A stretch of DNA of 28,994 nt, from the IMG/VR virus record IMGVR_UViG_3300020042_007659, positions 1 to 28,994 of that record, one strand, 5' to 3'. The notes beneath the pieces are model-generated. The model was not told the DNA's origin and searched no databases. It saw only the letters and a program-made list of their open reading frames with translations. This DNA comes from a virus. Lineage: Duplodnaviria; Caudoviricetes. The translations under genes were made by a program, and so were the position numbers. Positions 18,407 through 25,057 of this stretch are shown piece after piece; position 1 is the stretch's first letter; every line of letters begins with the position of its first letter.

Positions 18407-18673
18407 ATGGAAAACATTTATTCAGTATTACTAACAGCCGTTACAGTAATGGGCGGCTCAGCAGCATGGCGCTATTACGAGAAACGTGCTGCTAAAAAAG
18501 AAGATGATGATAGATTCATTCGTAATGATTGTACATCACGTATTACAAAACTAGAAGCATTACTTGAACAAAGTAGTAAAGAAAAGGACGAAATGAGACA
18601 AATTATTCTTAGTTTAACAGCACAAGTGGCTGAATTAAGAACTAAAGTAGAATATTTAACAGATAATAAGTAA
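18407..18673 (+). CDS. Holin-like membrane protein (one N-terminal TM plus coiled coil)
   Basis: 88 aa; hydrophobic IYSVLLTAVTVMGGSAAW, basic patch, then heptad coiled coil; last gene before the terminator. Confidence 0.45.
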   Translation: MENIYSVLLTAVTVMGGSAAWRYYEKRAAKKEDDDRFIRNDCTSRITKLEALLEQSSKEKDEMRQIILSLTAQVAELRTKVEYLTDNK

Positions 18674-18713
18674 ACGATTTGACGGCTACTGTGCCTTCAT
18701 TTGTGTATGTGTT

Positions 18714-18743
18714 AAGCGTCTAGAGAAATCTAGGCGCTTTTTT
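18714..18743 (+). terminator. Rho-independent terminator at the convergence of the two strands
   Basis: 11-bp stem AAGCGTCTAGA/TCTAGGCGCTT (one G.U), GAAA loop and T run; overlaps the stop codon of the - strand gene. Confidence 0.85.
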
Positions 18744-18987
18744 GTGGTTTTAATGTAGCTAAAAGAGCTGAATAATCTTTTTTTGGTTTAGCTGGAGATG
18801 ATTGTGTTGGTGGTGTGGGTTTAGAATAAGCTTTTTTCCACACTTGTTTAGTAACTGACTCTCCAGCTGCTCTTAAATAACCATACTGTTTGATTTGATG
18901 AGCATTAAAACGACGTGCTGATGTAGTATTAATTAATCCAAAAAATTCTTCAAATTCATTATTTTTCATAATATTTATTTTATCCAT
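18730..18987 (-). CDS. Hypothetical basic protein downstream of the initiator
   Basis: 85 aa ORF (alternative start 18969) overlapping the end of the DUF6291-like gene. Confidence 0.55.
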   Translation of the reverse strand: MDKINIMKNNEFEEFFGLINTTSARRFNAHQIKQYGYLRAAGESVTKQVWKKAYSKPTPPTQSSPAKPKKDYSALLATLKPQKSA

Positions 18988-19325
18988 TTATATTTGTCTA
19001 CATTCGACGTTTCATTATCATTCCCATTGACATTAACATTGACATTATCATACGGTACCATAGATTCTTTTACGGTACCATATGGTTCCATAATTTTCTT
19101 TTTGGTACCGTGTGCTCGTTCTACGGCACCACAATATTTTTCATGGTCCTGCTCTAATAAAAACTCAATTCCAGCCCATACTAACTTAAGTCCAGCTGTG
19201 TTTAGTACCGGTTCTATGCCCTGAGCATAATTAAAGAAATTCTGTAGCATTTGTGCTTGTTCTTCTACACTCAGCATTGATATGGACTTTTGCCAACTGG
19301 TGTACAAATAAAATCGTTTTTTCAT
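18975..19325 (-). CDS. DUF6291-like phage replication initiator/replisome-organiser N-terminal domain protein (likely start 19325)
   Basis: MKKRFYLYTSW...I..LS.EE.AQ....FFNYA...LEQD.EKY followed by a repetitive linker and 'DNVNVNVNGNDN', the usual architecture of these initiators. Confidence 0.65.
   Translation of the reverse strand: MKKRFYLYTSWQKSISMLSVEEQAQMLQNFFNYAQGIEPVLNTAGLKLVWAGIEFLLEQDHEKYCGAVERAHGTKKKIMEPYGTVKESMVPYDNVNVNVNGNDNETSNVDKYKWIK
19051..19133. repeat. Phased iteron-like repeats (TACGGTACCATA x2 and variants); candidate replication origin
   Basis: GG(T/C)(A/T)CC cores at 19054, 19074, 19084, 19104 and 19125, spaced at multiples of ~10 bp inside the initiator gene. Confidence 0.6.
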
Positions 19326-19329
19326 AATT

Positions 19330-19420
19330 AAAAAGTGGGGTAGCAAATGGTGAAGCATGTGACGCTGCTATCAACCAGATGCACCCCGATATGTTTTGTA
19401 ATACTCGTCACAGTATTGTT
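19330..19420 (-). ncRNA. Structured 5' leader: two hairpins with complementary loops
   Basis: Hairpins at 19400-19417 and 19337-19387; the loops contain TGTGACG and CGTCACA, a perfect 7-nt complement. Confidence 0.55.
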
Positions 19421-19431
19421 TATTGCGATTA

Positions 19432-19462
19432 TAAATATAGTAAAGAACTCTGCCCGTGCCAA
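19432..19462 (-). promoter_or_regulatory. Leftward host-type (Bacteroidota sigma-A-like) promoter TTGG-N19-TATATTTA
   Basis: Resembles the Bacteroidota -33 TTTG / -7 TAnnTTTG consensus; mirror image of the rightward promoter. Confidence 0.65.
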
Positions 19463-19480
19463 GAAATAAAATTATTTTTC

Positions 19481-19512
19481 TTTGGTGTCTTGAGAGATAG
19501 GACGTATATTTA
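19481..19512 (+). promoter_or_regulatory. Rightward host-type promoter TTTGG-N19-TATATTTA
   Basis: Same elements and spacing as the leftward promoter; 17 nt upstream of the ATG at 19530. Confidence 0.65.
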
Positions 19513-19529
19513 TTGACACAAACACATTT

Positions 19530-19886
19530 ATGGAAATAACTAAGTACTGTTCTAAATGCGACACAACGAAACCAATAGAACAATTCTGCAAAACAAAACG
19601 TAGCGCTGATGGACATAGCTATACGTGCAAATCCTGTATTAAAGAATATCAATTATCCAATAAGGATAAAATGAAAGAATACCAACGCAACTATCAACCA
19701 CAATACAAAGCGGAACATAAAACAGAATTAAAAGAATATCTTAAACAATATCAACGCGGTCCTGGTAAAGAAAAACACTACGCTTACATTGCGAAATGGC
19801 GTGCTGCTAATCCAGAAAAAGTAAAAGAATTTATTAGAATCTCTAATGAACGTGCTAAACTAAAGAGACAAGCAAATGACCAATAG
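19530..19886 (+). CDS. Zinc-finger protein (CxxC...CKxC) with basic helical tail and no nuclease domain
   Basis: CSKCDTTKP..QF...DGHSYTCKSC, followed by KEYQ repeats. Confidence 0.7.
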   Translation: MEITKYCSKCDTTKPIEQFCKTKRSADGHSYTCKSCIKEYQLSNKDKMKEYQRNYQPQYKAEHKTELKEYLKQYQRGPGKEKHYAYIAKWRAANPEKVKEFIRISNERAKLKRQANDQ

Positions 19887-20385
19887 CCAACTAGTGGAAC
19901 ATTCATATCGCAAACACAATACATGGTTGGTACAATGTGCTTATAACTTAACCAAATCAAAAGATAACGCTCAGGAATTAGTTCAGGATTTATATCTGAA
20001 AATGATGGAAATTAAAGATATAGAGAAAATAATGTATAATAATGATGTTAATTTGTATTACTTATATAAAATGCTAAGATCAATTCATTTAAACGGAATA
20101 AAAAAACAAACTAATAACTTACCACTAAATGATGATTTATACAATTTACGAGCAGAAGAATACAATTATGAAGCAGATAACGATTTTGAACGTGCGCTTG
20201 AATTAACAAACGAAGCTTTAGACGGCATGTATTGGTTTGACAGTAAATTATTACGAGTATACTTAGAAGAAAGTCACAGCATACAATCACTACATGATGC
20301 AACTGGAATTAGTAACAGTACTATCTGGACGTCAATGAAAAAAACTAAACAATATGTCAGAGAATACATCAGCAAAAACATGTAA
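19876..20385 (+). CDS. ECF-type (sigma-70 group 4) RNA polymerase sigma factor
   Basis: 169 aa; region 2 'AYNLT....AQELVQDLYLK' and region 4 HTH 'SIQSLHDATGISNSTIWTSMKK'. Confidence 0.8.
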   Translation: MTNSQLVEHSYRKHNTWLVQCAYNLTKSKDNAQELVQDLYLKMMEIKDIEKIMYNNDVNLYYLYKMLRSIHLNGIKKQTNNLPLNDDLYNLRAEEYNYEADNDFERALELTNEALDGMYWFDSKLLRVYLEESHSIQSLHDATGISNSTIWTSMKKTKQYVREYISKNM

Positions 20386-20881
20386 CGATTGTGGTGTTGA
20401 TAAGCCACTAGCTTGTTTCTGTAAAAGAACAGCATCAAAAGACGGACTATCACCTAGATGCAAATCATGTGACTTAATAAGAAAACGTGCGTGGGTAGCT
20501 AATAATACTGAGAGAAAAGCAGCATATGATAAACAATGGATTAAAAATAATCCAAAACGTATGAAAAAATTAGTGAATGATTTACATTATAGTATTGAAC
20601 CAGGCGTTTATATGATTAAAAATATTATTACTGGTGATTGTTATATTGGTACAAGTAAACATCCATACTTGAGAGCAAAACAACATTTGTCATATAGAGA
20701 AGAAACTACAAAACAATTTTGTTCACCAGATGCATTAATTTATGATGTACAACAATATGGTAAAGAATCATTTGTGTTTGGAATATTAGAACATTGTGAT
20801 AAAAATCAAATGTTTGAACGCGAGACACATTATATATGTATATATCAACCAACTTATAATACTAGAAAATTATGCAATTAG
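20354..20881 (+). CDS. Zinc finger plus GIY-YIG endonuclease
   Basis: N-terminal CNDC...CKSC; 'GVYMIKNIITGDCYIGTS...R...H', 'F.FGILE', 'E..YI....P.YN'. Confidence 0.8.
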   Translation: MSENTSAKTCNDCGVDKPLACFCKRTASKDGLSPRCKSCDLIRKRAWVANNTERKAAYDKQWIKNNPKRMKKLVNDLHYSIEPGVYMIKNIITGDCYIGTSKHPYLRAKQHLSYREETTKQFCSPDALIYDVQQYGKESFVFGILEHCDKNQMFERETHYICIYQPTYNTRKLCN

Positions 20882-21039
20882 GAAACTTTGTGGAAAAATT
20901 AATAGCAATCGTTACATTAGGATATGGTAAACGATTTGCAGAATATGTAGCTCATAAAATGGGTTATGAGAGCTGTGGATGTGAAACACGTAAAGAATGG
21001 TTAAACACATTATTTGTAAAAAAAGATATAAAACTATAA
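20872..21039 (+). CDS. Small CGC-motif protein (55 aa, not in ORF track)
   Basis: MQLGNFVEKLI...GYESCGCETRKEWLN...; overlaps the upstream stop and ends 1 nt before the next ATG. Confidence 0.65.
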   Translation: MQLGNFVEKLIAIVTLGYGKRFAEYVAHKMGYESCGCETRKEWLNTLFVKKDIKL

Positions 21040-21040
21040 C

Positions 21041-21205
21041 ATGACAAATTTAGAAAAAGACATGGTATTAGAAGCTATTGAAAACGGATGGATGGATAGA
21101 ACATTTTACTATTATCGATTATTTGTTGATTCTAAAGCACAAAGACCAGACATAAACACTGAGTGGAATGATATGATAAACGAATTAAAAGATAAAATAA
21201 AATAA
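21041..21205 (+). CDS. Small hypothetical protein (54 aa, not in ORF track), paralogue of 21209..21478
   Basis: MTNLEKDMVLEAIENGWMDRTFYYYRLFVDSKAQRPDINTEWNDMINELKDKIK; exactly fills the gap. Confidence 0.65.
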   Translation: MTNLEKDMVLEAIENGWMDRTFYYYRLFVDSKAQRPDINTEWNDMINELKDKIK

Positions 21206-21208
21206 CAA

Positions 21209-21478
21209 ATGACACACACAGAAGCACTAGAAGTAAAAGACATATTAATGCAATGTCAGGGAACAATTCCTGCAACACACGTAGATAGAATTTATCATTA
21301 CTACAAAACGTATATTAATCCAAATGTAGGTGGCAAACCATGTACTTGCAGTCCAACAAGCTGGAATCAATTTTTAAGAGAATTAAAAGACAAAGTAGAA
21401 CAAACATTAAATCAAGTTACGTTAAATGAACAAAATATTGAAGTGGATGGAGGACATCAAGAAAAATCCAATGCCTAA
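21209..21478 (+). CDS. Hypothetical protein with CxC motif
   Basis: 89 aa; 'YKTYIN....KPCTCSP..W'. Confidence 0.6.
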   Translation: MTHTEALEVKDILMQCQGTIPATHVDRIYHYYKTYINPNVGGKPCTCSPTSWNQFLRELKDKVEQTLNQVTLNEQNIEVDGGHQEKSNA

Positions 21479-21704
21479 AGATGAAAGAGAAAGATTAAGT
21501 AAGTTATGGAAAATTGGCAAATATCGTGAATGGGAAATTGATGGTAAACGTATAGCTGAAATAGAAAAAGAAGTACATGATAGGTATAGTTATTTATCTG
21601 GAAGAAGAATAACAACTAAAACACCAGGACAGGGAACAGGAACAGGTAAAAAACAATTAGAAGCAGAACGAGAAAAATTAATACAACAATTAGAAAATGG
21701 ATAA
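21426..21704 (+). CDS. Hypothetical protein (start may be 21471)
   Basis: Charged ORF within a tightly overlapping operon. Confidence 0.5.
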   Translation: MNKILKWMEDIKKNPMPKDERERLSKLWKIGKYREWEIDGKRIAEIEKEVHDRYSYLSGRRITTKTPGQGTGTGKKQLEAEREKLIQQLENG

Positions 21705-21891
21705 ATTAGATGAACAAGAAGCAGTACGTGAATACGTTGATGCTATAGAAAATAACATTGAATACTTTAAAGAGTGGTGTGCAATCTATAAAACACAAAA
21801 AGAATTAGCACAACAAAAAGTATCACAATTGGAAATGAAAGTATTACAATTACAAGAAATCATAAGACAATATCAGAATGGAACGATCTAG
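21697..21891 (+). CDS. Hypothetical coiled-coil protein
   Basis: 64 aa with heptad pattern; overlaps both neighbours. Confidence 0.55.
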   Translation: MDKLDEQEAVREYVDAIENNIEYFKEWCAIYKTQKELAQQKVSQLEMKVLQLQEIIRQYQNGTI

Positions 21892-22117
21892 ACAATGCAG
21901 CAAATGTAAAGCAACAAAACCATTGACTGAATACTACAAACGTAGTCAAAGTAAAGACGATGGTGTAGCTAGACAATGTAAAGAATGCACTAACGCTAAT
22001 TACAAAGCATATTGGAAACGCACAGCAATAAAACAATCAGAAAAACGACATGCTAGAGAAATACGGGTTAGTTTACAAGATAACGAACACATTGAATCAG
22101 AGATATTATATTGGTAA
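21878..22117 (+). CDS. Zinc-finger protein (CSKC...CKEC)
   Basis: Same finger type as at 19530 and 20354. Confidence 0.65.
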   Translation: MERSRQCSKCKATKPLTEYYKRSQSKDDGVARQCKECTNANYKAYWKRTAIKQSEKRHAREIRVSLQDNEHIESEILYW

Positions 22118-22376
22118 GAAATGTTTGAGTAAAGGTAAGGCATGGGACAAATATTGGGGTAGTAGTAAGGATTTACAAGCTGATATTAAACAACATGGTA
22201 TCCAGTACTTTACCAAAGATATACTTATATACTGTGATAGTAGTTACGAATTATCATATCACGAGATAGAACAAATGATTAAGCATGATTGGTTGAACGA
22301 TAATTGCTACAACAAAAACATGAGCGGGAAATATTTTAAATCAAAATTAACACATAATGAAAACAGAACAAACTAA
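22050..22376 (+). CDS. Stand-alone GIY-YIG nuclease (T4 endonuclease II/Seg-like)
   Basis: 'YGLVYKITN..N.RYYIGKK...W.KYWGSS..L..DI...G...F.K.IL...EL.Y.E...YN'. Confidence 0.75.
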   Translation: MLEKYGLVYKITNTLNQRYYIGKKCLSKGKAWDKYWGSSKDLQADIKQHGIQYFTKDILIYCDSSYELSYHEIEQMIKHDWLNDNCYNKNMSGKYFKSKLTHNENRTN

Positions 22377-22623
22377 ATTTGCCGTATTAGGCGGCGCCGA
22401 ACAAAAAGCATTAGATCCAAATGCATTTTATTTACTTGATTTCGATAAAGTACAAACAGTAGATGACATCAAACGTATATTTGCTGCTATCGGATTTAAC
22501 TTCGTTGGTAACCATCCACGTATTGCTATGGTAGCTGATTTGCTAGACAGAGATAATGCTATATATCCACCTGCAGCAAGTGAGGAAGACTTAGCGGCGC
22601 TAGAGAATGAACCTGACCTTTAG
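22357..22623 (+). CDS. Hypothetical protein
   Basis: 88 aa; 'DF.KV.TV.DI..I'; last gene before the terminase promoter. Confidence 0.55.
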   Translation: MKTEQTKFAVLGGAEQKALDPNAFYLLDFDKVQTVDDIKRIFAAIGFNFVGNHPRIAMVADLLDRDNAIYPPAASEEDLAALENEPDL

Positions 22624-22633
22624 TGGTTATAAC
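22606..22633 (+). promoter_or_regulatory. Putative late promoter AATGAA-N14-GTTATAAC for the terminase operon
   Basis: Same two elements as at 1491 and 25026, with a spacer 1 nt longer. Confidence 0.45.
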
Positions 22634-22659
22634 GTTAGGAAAACATAAAATAACGTAAC

Positions 22660-22992
22660 ATGCCATTTATACCGGGACAAGAATTTAGCGGCGGTAGACC
22701 CAAAGGTGCTGAGAATAAGGAAACTAAGAAACTACGTGAAGCAATAGCTGCTATCACTACAGGTGGTGTTGATGATTTTCAACGCGCATTAGGTGAAGTA
22801 TTAGAAGAAAACCCATCTAAATACCTTGAACTATACCTTAAATTACTTGAATACACAATGCCTAAACTACGTTCAATAGACACGAACATAGAGTTAGGTG
22901 ACAACACAATACAGAAAATAACAGTAGAAGTTAATGCCAAGAGATCTGAACATACAAGCAACGACAGTATTCCAGAAGAACTGGGAAGCTGA
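22660..22992 (+). CDS. terS: Terminase small subunit
   Basis: 110 aa; 'F.PG....GGRPKG..NK' N-terminus and 'L.Y..PKL' motif; overlaps the TerL gene. Confidence 0.7.
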   Translation: MPFIPGQEFSGGRPKGAENKETKKLREAIAAITTGGVDDFQRALGEVLEENPSKYLELYLKLLEYTMPKLRSIDTNIELGDNTIQKITVEVNAKRSEHTSNDSIPEELGS

Positions 22993-24175
22993 TAGTCGCT
23001 ACATAGTCAATATTGGTGGATCACGTTCCACTAAGACATACTCAATACTCCAATTATTGATTGTCAAGGCGTTAGAAAGCAATGAGCCGTTAGTAGTTTC
23101 AATTGTTAGGAAGTCCCTACCATCACTGCGTATTAGCGTGATGAGGGATTTCTTTAACATACTAAAACAATATGATTTATACAACGCTGAACTGCACAAT
23201 AAAACTGAGAACACATACCAATTAAATAATACGTTAATTGAGTTTTTTAGTATTGATGATGCGCAGAAACGTAGGGGTACTAAACGTGATATACTATTTG
23301 TAAATGAAGCAAATGAACTAGATTGGGAGGATTTCTTTCAATTACAAATCAGAACGACAACACAAATATTTTTAGACTTTAATCCATCAGAACAATTCTG
23401 GTATAACGAACAAATTCAAAGCAGAGACGATGTTACAACAATTCATTCAACGTACAAAGACAATCCTTACCTCAATGACGACCAGATTCACGAAATCGAA
23501 CGTCTACAACATACTGACCTTCAGTACTACCAAATTTATGCATTGGGTGAATTTGCTGGTGCAATGGACCTTGTATATGGTTATACTCCTATCGATAATA
23601 TTCCTACTAACATGGCTAACTTGGTAGCATTAGGACTTGACTTTGGTTACACAAACGATCCTACTACATTAGTTGAAGTATGGAAACATAAAGACAGTTT
23701 GTATTTAAACGAATTGATTTATCAAACAGGATTAACTAATAATGATATAGGTGATATGATGGCTGAGTACGGTGTAGACAAATACATTGAAGTAATTGCT
23801 GATAGTGCTGAACCAAAATCGATTGATGAATTAAGACGTTATGGATTCAACATTAAACCAGCACAGAAAGGACCTGATAGTATACTGAATGGTATTGATA
23901 TACTTAAACGTAATAGGTTGTATGTAACAAAACAATCAACCAACTTAATTAAGGAACTAAACAATTATAAGTGGGTAACTGATAAAAACGGACATAAATT
24001 AAATAAACCCGTTGATATGTTTAACCACGCTTTAGATGCTGTACGCTACGTTGCATTAAATAAAATGAGACAAAGCAACCAAGGCATGTACAATATTAGT
24101 ATTATAGGTAGAGATGGTGAAATGGATAGAATAGTAACTGGAGAAAACAAAATAAAAACATACAACATAAGATAA
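22934..24175 (+). CDS. terL: Terminase large subunit (PBSX/SPP1-like)
   Basis: Walker A GGSRSTKT, Walker B ILFVNEANE, motif III DFNP; nuclease 'GLDFGYTNDPT', 'ADSAEP' and 'NHALDAVRY'. Confidence 0.95.
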   Translation: MPRDLNIQATTVFQKNWEADSRYIVNIGGSRSTKTYSILQLLIVKALESNEPLVVSIVRKSLPSLRISVMRDFFNILKQYDLYNAELHNKTENTYQLNNTLIEFFSIDDAQKRRGTKRDILFVNEANELDWEDFFQLQIRTTTQIFLDFNPSEQFWYNEQIQSRDDVTTIHSTYKDNPYLNDDQIHEIERLQHTDLQYYQIYALGEFAGAMDLVYGYTPIDNIPTNMANLVALGLDFGYTNDPTTLVEVWKHKDSLYLNELIYQTGLTNNDIGDMMAEYGVDKYIEVIADSAEPKSIDELRRYGFNIKPAQKGPDSILNGIDILKRNRLYVTKQSTNLIKELNNYKWVTDKNGHKLNKPVDMFNHALDAVRYVALNKMRQSNQGMYNISIIGRDGEMDRIVTGENKIKTYNIR

Positions 24176-24176
24176 T

Positions 24177-24872
24177 ATGAAATTAACAATTACATACCCA
24201 GAATCATGGGCTGAAATTAAATTAAAAGACTATTTAGAGTACTACAAACTTATCAAACCATATGAGGGTACAGATGAATTTGGTAAAAAACATTTAGAAC
24301 TAGCAGCACAATACTTTTGTAAAGTACCTGCTGAATATCTTTATAAATTACCTGCAGCAACATTTGATAAAGTAGATAAATACGTGGGTGAATTATTTAG
24401 TAGCATCAATAAAATGCCTTTAGTAACTACATTTGAAGTAGAAAATACAAAATATGGTTTTATACCTAATTTAGATAATATGGCGTATGGTGAGTATCTA
24501 GATTTAGTTTCATATACATCAAGTAAAGAAATGTGGTCATACATGCCTATTGTTATGTCTATTCTATATAGACCCGTTGTTAATAATGTTGGTAAACTAT
24601 ACACAATAGAATCATACGATGGAACTAAAGATGCAAGAATAGAAATGTTTAAACACATCCTAACAATGGATGTTGTGTTTGGTGCAATGAGTTTTTTTTT
24701 GGATTTACAGAGAGACTTGTCGACAGGTATCCTAGCTTATTCAGTGGAGAGTCTGAAGGGATTGACAGATCTAGAGACTTCACTAGCGTTGGAGGATTTA
24801 CAAGCAAGTGGAACGGATAGCACTCAATTGCAGTCATTGCTAACCAGGATCTCACAAAATTTGACACCGTAA
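24177..24872 (+). CDS. Tail assembly chaperone (0-frame product) with T9 slippery site
   Basis: 231 aa; 'P.SW.EI.L..Y', 'YGFIPNLD.M..GEY.DL' and 'M..LYRP' motifs; T9 run at 24692-24700. Confidence 0.6.
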   Translation: MKLTITYPESWAEIKLKDYLEYYKLIKPYEGTDEFGKKHLELAAQYFCKVPAEYLYKLPAATFDKVDKYVGELFSSINKMPLVTTFEVENTKYGFIPNLDNMAYGEYLDLVSYTSSKEMWSYMPIVMSILYRPVVNNVGKLYTIESYDGTKDARIEMFKHILTMDVVFGAMSFFLDLQRDLSTGILAYSVESLKGLTDLETSLALEDLQASGTDSTQLQSLLTRISQNLTP

Positions 24873-24973
24873 CAGAACTACCAATTCACCAATGCTTGAC
24901 ATATCTAGTTTATACTGTAGATCATAACAACTACCAAAACCAAATGCTTAAGCAATCCCAACAAGTAAAATAA
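24692..24973 (+). other. -1 frameshift site (T TTT TTT) and shifted reading frame interrupted by a TAG at 24818-24820
   Basis: The -1 frame reads FFGFTERLVDRYPSLFSG...FTSKWNG*HSIAVIANQDLTKFDTVTELPIHQCLTYL...VK-stop (24971-24973). Confidence 0.6.
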
Positions 24974-25024
24974 TTTGGATGGCAGAGTAAAAGGTCATAT
25001 TTTCTACAAATACAAATAGTGTTG

Positions 25025-25052
25025 AAATGAAATTGCCTCTTGGTGTTACAAC
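25025..25052 (+). promoter_or_regulatory. Putative late promoter AAATGAAATT-N10-GTTACAAC
   Basis: Same spacing as the motifs at 1490 and 3983; directly upstream of 25058. Confidence 0.5.
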
Positions 25053-25057
25053 ACTGA

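Noticed and set aside
19358-19412. CRP-like operator TGTGA...TCACA
   Set aside because: Half-sites are more than 40 bp apart rather than 6, and both sit in hairpin loops, which favours an RNA interpretation.
19337-19417. tRNA gene
   Set aside because: No cloverleaf, T-loop (TTCRA) or CCA arrangement.
16158-24820. Genome-wide TAG reassignment (alternative genetic code)
   Set aside because: Long genes have no internal TAG, TAG ends several genes at sensible boundaries (16160, 19886, 20881, 21891, 22623), and no suppressor tRNA was seen. Only the site at 24818 is anomalous.
24974-25004. Third host-type promoter (TTTGG...TATTTTC) sharing GGCAGAGT with the leftward promoter spacer
   Set aside because: The -7 box does not match at the N19 spacing, and the 8-mer could be chance.
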